The notes beneath the pieces were generated by a model. The model was given only the letters and a program-made list of their open reading frames with translations, had not been told where the DNA came from and ran no database searches. This document shows positions 36,941-49,400 of a stretch of 64,000 nucleotides of DNA, piece after piece (position 1 is the first letter of the stretch; each line of letters starts with the position of its first letter). The position numbers and the translations under genes were made by a program. Source of the stretch: Felis catus (Eukaryota); the NCBI RefSeq assembly GCF_018350175.1, contig NC_058374.1, forward strand, positions 59,520,001-59,584,000, given 5' to 3'.

Positions 36941-37269
36941 ATGCTTTGTAGGTTGAGCACAGTCTATTCAGATGGTGCTGGTCAAAATGTCATGGCCTAA
37001 AAAGCCCACATAATTGTATTTCCTTATCGGGGCCTTTGGAAGACGTATGCTTCTCCTCACCAGGCCTATGGGCCTTTGCGTTTTGCTCCAAGAGCCTTGA
37101 AACTTGGTCTTCACAGTTCCATTCATGCTCAGGGATTGTAATAGCGAAAGGAAGCCCTCTCTCTCTGCATGCCCTAGCTTGTCTTCTGAGAACAGTACAT
37201 AAGAGGTCAGTCTTTGAGCTACAAAGAAAAGCCAAGGTCTCCAAGCCAAGGGGAACTGCAGGGTCACCA

Positions 37270-37656
37270 TGTGGCAGTCTGCTAGGGTTACCACAACAAA
37301 CTACCGTAGGCCGGGGAACTTAAACAACAGAAATTTAGTGTCTCACAGCTCTGAAGGCTGGAAGTCCAAGATCAAGGTGTCAACACAGTTGGTTTCTTCT
37401 GAGGCCTTTCTCCTTGGCCTACAGATGCCTGTCTTCTCCCTGTGTCTCACGCGGTCTTCCTTCTGCAGGTGTGTGTGTCCTAATCATCTCTTCTTATAAG
37501 AAGACCAGTCATATTGGATTAGGGCCCAACTTCTGACCTCATTTTAACTTAATTTTCTCTTTAAAGGTCCTATCACCAAGTACAGTCACATTCTGTGATC
37601 CTAAGGGTTAGGACTTCCACACACAAATGGAGGGGGACACAATTCAGCTTATAATA
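37270..37656 (-). mobile_element. MaLR solo LTR (MLT1B-like)
   Basis: cttaaacaacagaaattta...tctcacagctctgaaggctggaagtccaagatcaaggtgtca...cagtcatattggattagggccca...gggggacacaattcag. Confidence 0.88.
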
Positions 37657-39540
37657 CCACTTCTCTGACGTTTGGGAAGGCTGAGAACCTCAAGACAATT
37701 CCCTTTTCACGACGACATACCACATTTGGATAACTCAACATCATTCCATCTCCATTTCTTACCAAAATGCCCCAAAGTTGCTGGTCGTCCTGAGCGCTTT
37801 AGGCCAGCCTTCTCAGGATCTAATTTCTCTGTGATGTTGGGGATGTTTCCTGGATCATTCCCCTTGAGGACTGCAACATTGCCAAGCTCATGCTGATATG
37901 CTCCCTCTCCCACAAGTCCTTCCCTAGGAGCCCTTCCCAACTCAGCCCAGGCACTGAGGCCCAGCTAAGGAGGGTTGTGGTCTTGCATAAGGAGCCGGGT
38001 ATACACACACCCCAACCTCCTAGGGGTGGCATTAAAAAAAGATAGCCTCCTTCTCATCAGTTTGTACTTCCTGTGGCATTTATAAGCAGGCCTTCTCTGT
38101 GTGAAGCAAATTCCAGAAATGGATTTTCAGAATTTGTTTTGCCACTACTCAAAAGTAATTCCTTGGCATTGCAGGCTAGGAAAGAAGACAGGATTACTGA
38201 GCCCAGAGATGATCTCGTCTAACCCCTCTGTTTCTTTCGAAGAGCAATTTAAAATCACTTCTCTCCCTGAACCAGAAACAACTGTCTCCTTTGCAATTCA
38301 ACTCTATTTTCTCTGATCACAGTGCTGAGCTTATTACACAAAAACAGCCTTTGCGAATCCTCCCTCCCCCAAAGATGATCATTCTTGGGTGGTCCTTCTT
38401 GGGTGGGTCCCTGGGCATTGAAACCCCACGCCATGCTTCCTTCTCGGCTGAGCGTGCCCGGGGAGAGTCTGCCTCACGAAGCTCTGCTCCAGCTCATTGA
38501 GAGATAAGATCAGAAACACCGTGGAGGGGCCGCGTTTTAACAAGGCAGAAAATACAAGCTATTTCAAACATCAGGCCTACTGTGCAAAAAACAAACCCCT
38601 GCAGCACACCCAGGTTCGGGGGCCTTCTCCTGGAGCGGTTTCTCCCCTCATAAAGATTAGCATCATGGGGTGAAGAAAGAGTCATGTCACTCCCAGCAGG
38701 GTTTCCAGTCAGAAAGGCTTCACTTTCAATTACCCAAGAGCAGCTGTCGACCGCTGCTTATGTAACGGGCTCTGTGCCTCCTTCTTGGGAGGAGGATGTG
38801 GAACCATTTGGTGTTTGCTGAATAATGAGTCATGGTCAGATTTAGGGAGTAGAAACAGTGAATTTCTCCCCTGCATTGCTTCATCCGGAACTTCTAGTAA
38901 AGAATGATAAGCACTGAGTCAGTGCCCGGGGGTGCCTGCCCTGGGAAGGGAAAGCACCACAGAAAGTTCTGAAATGCAGGCCCCCAGAGGGCTCACGTGT
39001 CGAGCTGCTGAAGGGAACTTTAGGGACATTTGAAGCTTAGCTGGGCAGTCTGTGAGGAGAGTCACTGTTTATTTAGGCCTGTGGCTGGCCTGACAGGGGT
39101 TTTCCTATCTTGGGCAGTTGCAGCCTTTTTCCAGGCCCCAGTCGGGATCCAGGAGTGTCGAGGTGAAGACAGGAGCTGCAGAACGAATAGAGCTTTCTCC
39201 AAACCTTATTTTAATTCTCAGAAATGAAACGAGTCTGATATGTTGGGGGGGGGGGTGCCTATTTATATCAACTGAGAAGTTGAAAGGTTCAGTTTCAGCC
39301 AGACATAAAAAATTAAGCTATTCTACATTTCATCATGTTCTGAGTTAAGCAAACAAACAGAATCTCAAGAAAACGAAATTAAGCCCTGTGCGAAAATGAA
39401 CCAGAAATTATTTGTCCCTCTTCTAAGAAATGCAGTCAAACTTTACAGACTTTTCACATCAGCAAACAATTTCTTATAGCCTTCTTCCCCATCCCCTGTG
39501 ATGCTTTTCAAAATGCATGGCAAGAAGTACAGCCACCTCT

Positions 39541-39759
39541 GGGTGCCTCAGTGATTCAGTTGGTTAAGTGTCCGACTTCAGCTCAGGTCGTGATCTTGGG
39601 GTTTGTGAGTTTGAGCCCCGCATTGGGCTCTGTGCTGACAGTTCGGAGCCTGGAGTCTGCTTTGGATTCTGTGTGTTCCTCTCTCTGCCCCTACTCCACT
39701 TGCATTCTGTCTGTCTCTCTTTCTCTCAAAAATAAACATAAAAAAAAAGTTAAAAAAAA
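39541..39759 (+). mobile_element. Can-SINE (SINEC_Fc-like)
   Basis: SINE body and A tail. Degenerate TSD aagaagt..agcc.cc. Confidence 0.93.
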
Positions 39760-39959
39760 AAGAAGTCATAGCCGCCCATTGGCCCTCTTTAGCAAATCAC
39801 AACCCAAATCTTCGCGCACATGCGGGTGTCTCTCATGCAGCTGGTGGTTCTACGTGATGTTGTAAAGGATGCTGCAAGAATTTCAGGGTGTCTTGCTTAA
39901 AGAACAATGTAGGGAACATTTTCCTCAGTGCACAAAGCTCAGGAGGCTGAGAGCTCTGC

Positions 39960-40200
39960 TTTGGAGAAGCAGCATCTAAAGGTCAAGGTCAAACTGCCTG
40001 GGTTTGAATCCCAGCTCTGCTACCAACTGCCAGCCATGTGACTTTGACATACAATTAGCTTCTCTTCTTGGTTCCTTCATCTGTAAAATGGCGGCACTGA
40101 GAGTGTCTACCTCATAGGGTGGTTGTGAGGTCTGAGGCAGAACATATAAAGCATCCTGAACGTTTTTTTAAACCTTCATTAGTGATAACGATAGTGATTT
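39960..40200 (+). mobile_element. MIR remnant
   Basis: ctgcctgggtttgaatcccagctctgctacc...catctgtaaaatgg...tacctcatagggtggttgtgagg. Confidence 0.8.
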
Positions 40201-42149
40201 TAACAGTATCATTACCATGACTCTCATTATTTAATGTTAGCGTACTCTTCGTCTCCAGGGATTTCTACCCCAAAATATGTTAGTGAGTTAGACTAGCAGG
40301 AGCAGTTCTGATGGTCAAGCAGATAATGGCCTTTTTACAACTAGTGGAGATTTCCTTTAGCATTTCCATCCGTAAAATGGGGGGAAATATAGGTTTAGAG
40401 TGAAGATTCAATAGAATGAAGTATATAAAGTTGTTTGGCTTGGAAAGTACAATAAATGGTAGCTATTTGGGTTGTTATTATATTATCTAGCCCATAAACC
40501 CGAATCTCTGCTCAAATAAGTTCCAGGTTTCTTTATCCCATATAGCAAAATGAAGTTCCAACCCCCAGATCCCAGACACCCCTTTTAGAGTATTCCTACA
40601 TTTATTTAGGACATAAAATCTCCAAAGGGAGGTGAGTTCATAGAATTCTAACTTAACGCAAAGGTCAGAAGGGGCCTACTCTGGAGTTTGGTTGAGAAAA
40701 GATAGGATAAAAGAGAAAGCAGATCTTTAGATTCTTTAAGAAGGGCTCTTTTGGCCTCAGTTATATTGATTGATTTCCTGGCTTGATTTACTCCATAGTA
40801 TCTTGTTCAGCTCAGCTGACCACAGGAAGCAGATGACGCACCACCTCTGGGACTGGCTCCGAGTGCTGTAGGATGAGGAGGCAGCCACACAGCTGACATC
40901 ATCCTCCTCCTCATCGCCCCACGTAGCAGCCACATTTAGGGAGCACTCACTATATGTGTCAGGTACAGTCAAAGGCCATTCACCTCAATTTTACAATTAA
41001 GATGGCCATGTTGGCTAAATATTATTTTCTCCATCCTAAGGACGAGAAAACAGTATGGTTCAGAGGCATGCAACCTGCCCATGATCCCACAACTGGGGTT
41101 CAGATCTGGGGTTCTGATCTTGGAAGTATCATGTCTACCAGGCTATTACTACTCAGCCATTACTGCTGAGGGTTAGCCCCTCTCCATGTGGTGTATAAGT
41201 CATCTGCCTTCCTATCCCTGCTGAGTAGCCATCAGGTGACCTGCTGTCCAGGAAAGCTCACAGGCAGTCTGTATTTGAAGGGAAACTGCAGCCATTTCCA
41301 ACGGACTGGAAGAGGCCTTTGTCATCCTTGGGCTCTTGGTGTAACCGAGACAAACTTGAGAGACACAATTCAGTTCCACGGAAGAATGAAATTCCCCACG
41401 GCACTTCCAAGTTATTCTGTGGAGTCAGCAGTAAGGGATGGGGGGTGCTCCCTCCCCACCCATCCTTTGGTGTGGTGGCCTCACACGAGAATGACCCCAG
41501 CCCCCGTGTCTTAATGCAGCTATCAGAGCCCTTTGAGAAGGGCAGAGCTGATGGCTTGGACAAGTTTCTTTTCTTGNNNNNNNNNNNNNNNNNNNNNNNN
41601 NNNNNNNNNNNNNNNNNNNNNNNNNNNNNNNNNNNNNNNNNNNNNNNNNNNNNNNNNNNNNNNNNNNNNNNNNNNNNNNNNNNNNNNNNNNNNNNNNNNN
41701 NNNNNNNNNNNNNNNNNNNNNNNNNNNNNNNNNNNNNNNNNNNNNNNNNNNNNNNNNNNNNNNNCAAACAGAGAGGCTCTCTGTAATCTCTGTGCCCAAG
41801 CAACCCCACAGGGCTCTCTGAGGACGGGGCTGCCCCCATGAGTGGAGCTGTAACCTGTCACTCTCAGGGTAGGACCTGATTTCTCTCAATAGCTGAGGCC
41901 CAGTGGAAGTTCTTAGCTTAAGCTTTAGCCAGGGTCTTAAATGCTTTCTATAGAAACAGATTAGAAGGGGCCCTCTGAGGGCAAATACAGAGGATCTAGA
42001 AACCAACATCAGTGATCAGGAGAAAAGGGAACTTGAAACATTGGCGGTTGACTCTTTGGAGTGTGGAAAAATGATGAGGTCTGGGTCCCTGAGGGACCTT
42101 AATGTTATTCTTACTTATGTGTCTACCACACCCACCAATCCTGCCCCAG

Positions 42150-43240
42150 TCTTCATTATACATACATCAGATGCTTCCCCAGTGCTGACTATGTGCCTCG
42201 CACTGCCCTAGGCACAGTGGACAGAACGAAGAAACAGGCAGAGATCGCCCTGTCTTTTAAATCTTATATTCTGGTAGGATAGATTAGAAAATATATCATT
42301 TAAAATAATCATTTCAAGTACAGTAAGTGCTATGAACGGAGAAACAACGGGCTGAGAAGGAGAATCAATGTGGACGTTGGGCAGATCGGTTTTTAGTGGG
42401 ACTGCTCAAGAGAGGCCCTCTGGGCAGGAGACATTTAAGCTGAGACCTCACAATGAGGTGTTGTTGGCCATACAAGATGTAGAAAAGCCTAGGGCTTGAA
42501 GGAAGTGAAGGGCCAGCCCGACTAGACTGCAACAGAGAAGGAGGGAGGCATGAGATAAGGATGGAGAGGCAGGTGAGGGCCACATCCATAAGGCTGAGAG
42601 AAGCCATTTCCCCCTTTTACCCAGCAAACAGGCATGATCTAATTTATATGGACAGAAGAGCACTTTTGTCACTCTGGGGAAAATAGACTGTAGGAGGTCA
42701 AGAGTGGAAGTAGAAAAACCAGTTAGGAAGTTACTTTGCTTGTCCAACAGGAGATGATGATGGCCTGAACCAAAAGGATGTCAGTGGAAAGGGAGAGAAG
42801 AAAGAGATTTGAGGTAGAACCAATAGAATTTGCCAATAGATTTGATGTGGGATAAGAGGGAGAGATCCTCCTAGGATCTTCTAGTTTGTGCTTCTAGGTC
42901 CTTCAGATTCACCAACTGGGTGGATAGTGACACCATTTACTGAGGTGAGGAAGCTTGGAGATGGGAGCAAAATATCTTGCAGGGGAAAAATCAAGAAATC
43001 TGTTTTAGCCATGTTAAATTTGAGATATCTGATTTATTTAAGCAGGCATATCAGGTAGATACTCTAGAGCTCAGTGGATACAAATATAAATTAAGATGTC
43101 ATTAGCATGAAGCTGGTATTTGAACCCATGAGAATTCATGAGCTGACCTAGTAGATGGAAGTAGAAAAGTGTTCCAGAAAGGAAGGTTTGGGGATTTCTC
43201 ATGCCCTGGGCTGCATGGGCCCTTGGCCTGGAGTATTCAA
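42150..43240 (-). mobile_element. L2 LINE remnant
   Basis: agtgctgactatgtgcc...aagtgctatga...ggagacatttaagctgagacct...cactctggggaaaatagactgtagg...caactgggtggatagtgacaccatttactgag. Confidence 0.8.
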
Positions 43241-44573
43241 GGAAGCTCTAAGTCACATCAGGAGGGGCCTCATGCATGTGTGTGTGGAGACCCCAACCCC
43301 CTTGAGCACAACCCCCAATCTCCACCACCTGCCTCCGCACATAACACTCATTGTCCACTAGTCAGGGATGAGTCTGGAGAAGAGACCCCCATGCAGGTCT
43401 TAAAAATGGACCTTGAACTGTTTGGACAGGAATTCCAGGGCCCTGGGTAGGCAAGTCTTCTCAGACTTGTTGACTCTCACTCACCTGGGTCAGCATAAGA
43501 TCAGGGACTTCTAAAGCATGGGATATAGGGCAGGTTCTCCAGCAAAGGGTGGTAATGTGCATGTTGTAGTTATCAGGGTAATTACGGCCATTTCTCCAGG
43601 CAGCCGATAGGTAGATCTGGGAACAGAGCCTATGTAACTCACTCTGCCAACCCCCGGACTACTCCTACAGTTTCTCTTACACAGACCTGCACCTTGCCCC
43701 TTATTGACCTTATCACACTGGGTATGGGCACCTTTCTAAAGTTGCCAAAACTTACACTGGTGGGGAGAATGAGAAAGCTAAGGTGAAGGTTTAGGTGAAA
43801 GAGAAGCAATCTACCTACAGAGGCTAACCCCAGCTAGCTTAGTCATGGGCCCGATGCATAGGGTCCAGTGGGCTTTTAATGGGTTATAATGTTAAGTGTG
43901 GTTCACATAAGTGCCAGTGGGAAGCCATCCCTCATGCTAAGCTAACAAAGGGAGTTTCAGACCCTGAGTGATGTGCAAGGAGGTAAAAAGTACCATGGCT
44001 TCTGTTGGACTGTTGATTGTAGGCCCAGATTCAGCCAGGTGCTGACTGGCTGAAAAATAAGTGCCCTTTGACTGCATGCAAGTGCGCTTTGACTCCAAGT
44101 TCTGGGATTTAGCAACAGTCAGGTAAGGAATTTGAGGCTTAGAACTATCTTCCCATCTTAGTGCGTTATGAGGGGGCTAGGGAAAACAACTCATTTCCAT
44201 TCTGTAAAGTGGATCATCATTTTGGAAGAGAAAGGGATACTAGGGGTGAGATAAACTTGGTCATTCACATACTCATACCTTCAACACTGGGACTACTGAT
44301 GTCATGAGTTAATTTCCTATTCCATGTAGAGGGCTAAGTCTCCTGACATGATTGGCTCAGGCCAAGACAAGGCTGCAAGCAAGGCCTATCAGCATTCCCT
44401 TTCCAAAGACTCAAGGACTGGCAGGCCTCCCATCAATTCCAGGACTGGTGACCAGGCTTTATTCGCTGTCTGAGTAATAAAATCTTTGGCTTTCCTTGTC
44501 TACTGAGCAAATTCACAAGGGGCAGATGTCATCTACAATAGGGCTATAAAAATAACAGCAAAATGATACCTTG

Positions 44574-44785
44574 TTTTTTTTTAATGTTGATTTATTTTGG
44601 GGAGAGAGACATAGAACACAAGAGGGAGAGAGGCAGAACATGAGAGGGAGACACAGAATCTGAAGCAGGCTCCAGGCTCTGGGCTGTCAGCACAGAGCCC
44701 GACGCGGGGCTCAAACTCACAAACCACAAGATCATGACCTGAGCCGAAGTTGGATGCTTAACTGACTAAGCCACCCAGGTGCCCC
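44574..44785 (-). mobile_element. Can-SINE (SINEC_Fc-like)
   Basis: Reverse-strand SINE. TSD aaatgataccttg / aaatgacacttg. Confidence 0.95.
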
Positions 44786-46269
44786 TAAATGACACTTGCT
44801 AATTCATTTCTTTTTGTCTTCAGACTAACCCCTGTAACCAAATAGAGGTAGGGCTGTGAAGGTAAGGTCCTGAAAGCCAGGAACTATATGTCTCATTACA
44901 AACCCTGGTGGTAGTACATTCTGTGGCCTTGGGCAAGTCACCCAGTCTGTCTGCTCCTTCTTTCCAAAGTGAAAAGGGACTGGGAGAATTCATTAGTCTG
45001 GTGGAAAGGCTTGGGCAACTTGGTTCCATCAGTGTAATAATGACCTCTTTCTATTTACAAGACTTTGGCTCCTATCCTCATTTCGCTTTTGATAGTCAAG
45101 TGGATTTGCAAGTTAATGGGAGCTCTCAGTGGCAATCTGTAGAGCATTCTAAAAGCCATGGTTTGCAGTATCCCGAGAAAATGTCAGGGACTCTTTAGAG
45201 TGTTACTTAAAAGGGCTTTCAACAAAACTTAAGTCAAGACCACTCTGAAAAAGGTTTTTTTGTGCGAACAAAATTATGCTACATTCCTTTTGCAAATTAA
45301 GGCAACAAAATTTGTGTTTCTGAATTGTGACCCTGAACTTTATATATGTTTGGTTACCTTAAATGTTTGACTCATACCTAGTGTACTAGTTTGCATGTGG
45401 CACATTTAAATGCTTAACAAATGTTTCTGGCGAGATAGATGGGTGAAAAGATGACTAAATCGTACTTAGGGAGAGTCACTTGTCATTAAGTTTGACCTTG
45501 TTCTGGAATTCTCAAGACTTGGGGTTTAGGATTCTTAGGCTTACTTGATGTCATCTCCCATACTCTTACTTCAACAGATTTCAGGTTTTACTTAGATTGA
45601 AGTAAAACCAAAAGCAGATTCACTATGCCTCTTGTAGTTATGGAGGGCACTAAAAGTATGGGTTGTGCAGGGCAAAACCCCTCTGGTATGGACACGATTT
45701 ATAGCAAAAGAAACTAAGGCTTGGAGACATTGTACATTTCAGTGCGGTCTTATCCCTAGGTAGCCACCGGTGATTTCAGAGCCATTGAACCCTCTGGTCC
45801 CAAACTTTAGTCTTCCATCTTGTTTACAATTCTCTAGATGCTCACCGATTCTCTGCCACAGGAGATTCACTGACACAGGAAATCAATGTCATGTATAATA
45901 TCTTTGCAAGATCAGTTTATCAGATCAGTTTCTGAAAATGTCAGCACCATCAGGTCCAGAGAAGAGACCAGTTAAACCTTAGTGGCCACCAGCTCATAAA
46001 GCAGCCCAGACCAGCCACTAGGTCTAGGTATGGTCCAGAGGGTTCCAAGTAGGCTCATAAATACCATCTCCCCATTCCACCATGAGGTCACTTAATACAT
46101 ACTTCTTCCCCAAATACCCAGACACTATTCCTGTGGGGGAGGAGACAGAACTCTGAAAGAATTAAGTATTTTATGTAAGAGAGACTACAAAATTACATAA
46201 AGAGACTATTTAAATTATAATACTAATACTAAAATATAATACATGACTAAGTTTATTGTCATGTCTAAA

Positions 46270-46436
46270 AGCCTTACTACTCAAAGTATGGGCCCCAAAT
46301 CAACAGCTTTAGCTAGGAGTTCCTTAGAAATGCAAAACTCAGGACCCACTTCAGATATGATGGATCAGAATCTTCATTTTAACCAGATCCCTAGGTGATT
46401 CATTCATACGCACATAAAAGTTTGAGGCAAGCTGGT
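46270..46436. mobile_element. MER5-like hAT-Charlie MITE
   Basis: ctactcaaagtatggg...ttagaaatgcaaaactcagg...tcagaatcttcattttaaccagatccctaggtgattc...aaagtttgag. Confidence 0.75.
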
Positions 46437-49400
46437 CTGAAGTGCAGAACTCTTCCTTGTCTCTTCCCCATTGTCTGATAAGGGTGATAAGAGCAGCTGT
46501 AGCAGAATATGAAACTATATTATATCTATAGATCTGGGTGTAAGAAGATATGTGACCTTGCCATAGTTGAATGAAAACAAGGAGCAAACTGAACAGAACA
46601 GTGGGAGCTACCAGCATCCTTCTGAGTCAAAAGAAGCAAGGAAAAGCATGTTGGCAACTGGATGTCCATTCACATGTTGGTTCCTTCTGTTGACAACTTA
46701 TGTCTTAGGTGCTGGGTTAAGAATTCTGAGTCACATGAAAGGTCAGTGGGAAAGAGTGCCATGCCAAATTAGCCATGACGGCCATGGGTGGAGGATAGGT
46801 GAGAACCAACTTACTTTCCCCTAATTTGCCAGCTCTGGGGTAGGAGGTGTGCTGAGAAAGAACTGGCAAAGAGCCCTTGACTGCATCTCTCAAAAGTTAC
46901 AACAGCAGAAATTCTAAATGCTTTCTAATTTTTGAAGGAAGTTTGTCATTGGATCGAGTGGCCATATAGCAAGCAAGCCTACCTCATCATAGGAGAGGCC
47001 ATGAACCTTATTCTCCAGGATGTGTCCTTACTTGGGATTCCACTCATTTGGTTTCATACTCATTAAGATGGGAGTGGCCAAGAGAAAGGGTTTTGCTAAG
47101 CAAAATAAGACCACATTATCAAGACCATGCTCACCTTGTTTGTGAAACATTGCTTTCTTAAGTTTTAGATTATATTATAGATTACATTTAGGTTACATTT
47201 TAGGTCTCCTATGAATTTTACCGGCAAAGATATTTTTTGTGAAGTCAGAAATACATTTACTTCAAACTATATTGTTTAAAAGAAATTCCATAATTAAAAT
47301 TTTAAAACTCAAACTTCTCATTTCCTTCCTTTCCTTATGGTATTATGGTAAGAGCACTGGGACCGAGGAGGTGTGGATTCAAACTCTAATCCTCCGACTT
47401 ACTAGCTATGTCTACAGGGAAGTTAATAAGTCTCCCTAGACCTCAGTTTCATTGGTGACTGGTATATACTAGGCAATAAATAAGGTTTTTTTTTTTTTTT
47501 TAAGAATTCAATACTAGCCTCCACTATAAATTGTATTTAGTTTGAGTACATATTTTTAATAGAGCAACTTTCATCTGTGAAATTTTCAGGGCATCTGGCA
47601 GATGCTGGAGGTGGCAGGGAGGAAAAACCTTTGCTGCTAAAATTATGTCTTTTCTGTCTTGAATGGTTTCATATTACAGAGCTTCCTGGAAGCAAGAGAC
47701 CAGGCCAGAAGACCCCTTGAGGTCCCTGGTACCTTTCAGGTTATACCATTCTCTAAATAAATGTGGTCAGGTTGAAGAATATGAATAGAAGCAAAAGCAC
47801 AACAGGAGTTTGCTTCTTAGTCTCCCCCTCCCAAGCAGCTAAAAACAAAAGAAAACAAACAAAAAACCAAAAATAGGCTCCTTTAGATGGCCTGGGCTGT
47901 GCCATGTTCCCAGCCAATCAGGAGGGCGGAGGAGGCTCCCCGATGCATGAAGTGCTGGTCCCAGTGTTCCCAGACAGACTCTACACTTCTTAATTCCAAA
48001 GGACACATTCCAACGTCACTCACAAACAGTTGCTTTTGCCGGGCATCTTTAGCAGCTACGATGGTCCCACTCTGGACAGTCAGAGAGCACAAAGTTTAGC
48101 TGACTGGGCCCTCTCACTTCCAGTGGGCAGGGTGGGAAAGGGGGAGAGGGCTGAGGTCCTCTGGCCGATTCCCAGCTGCCAGCTCTATTTGGAGGCTGAG
48201 AACAGGGACAGCAGATGGGAGAGAGATGATCTCCTCCTGCTGCAGGTGATTCATAGGGCATCCGGGCGCATGGCCCACCTCCAACACCAGTGGGAGCAGA
48301 TTTCACATGGATCCAAGAGCCTCTGCTGGCACATGAGAACCGCATGAGGCTGGGAGGTGGCAGGGAAGTGGGGTGGGGGGTGCCAAATCCCCGCACATCT
48401 CCTTGCTTCATTTGCCCTCAGAGGCTTTGGTTCGTTTCTCCATGAGCCTGCTGAGGGCAGCTGCATTTGCAGCCATATTTGCCTTCAAACTGCTCCAGCT
48501 GCATTTCCACCTCACTTTCATAGACATCCCACATCTCTGCCTCTTGGGGGTGAGTTCTATATCTCTTCTGCTGATATCCTCACTGACAGGAGTCCCATAC
48601 TTCCTGGCAGGATGCAATCACTTTCTCTGCACAGCAAAACAGCATTCTGGCCAGGTTCTCTGGCACCTTATTGCCTATGCAGTTGTGTGAGGCTTGGGCT
48701 CCCTGCCTTGTAGTGTGAGGATTCTCAGACTACAGGGAAACAGAGTAACTCAGTTCTTTGGCTTTTTCCCAGGAGACAGTCTCCAGTGGGGTTTGACCCA
48801 TTTATTCATCTCCTTTCTCCTTGCCACAAAATGCCTTGGTCAGGATATTTGGCACTGGAAATCCATCATGTGCCAAACAGGAATTGAGGTGCCCCCTTGA
48901 TTCCGGGATCAAGGAATTCTGATGCTTCCAGCGTGACGGAGGCTGACAGTGGCTTCCTTCTCCTCCTTGTCTAAGGGGTTTTCCCCCTTCTGGACATCTT
49001 GAAGGCATTATAATCATTCTACCCTTCCCTCTCTTGTACCATCCTTCTCCCACGGAGGGAAACTGAGAGTTCTCTCCTCATGTAATTTCTAGTCACAGAC
49101 ATAACCCTGAGGTCAACACTGGTTTGCCAGAGCTTATGTCTGTGCTGCCTACTATCCTTCCCTAGCTGCCTGGTTGGGCATTACCACAGCGGGAGTCTGG
49201 AGTCACTTCCTGGCTCCCAGCATGTGACCCACACATGCCCAGAAGCATGAGGAGCAATGCTACCTTTTAGGAGATTTTCCAGAGCAAATGAGACAGTCCA
49301 TGGAGTGTTATTTATGTCTCTTCTTCTTCTTTCCTCCTTTTGGAAGCAGCTATCTGGAATGGACAGACAGAATAAAACAGAAGTCAAAGAAATTTCTATG

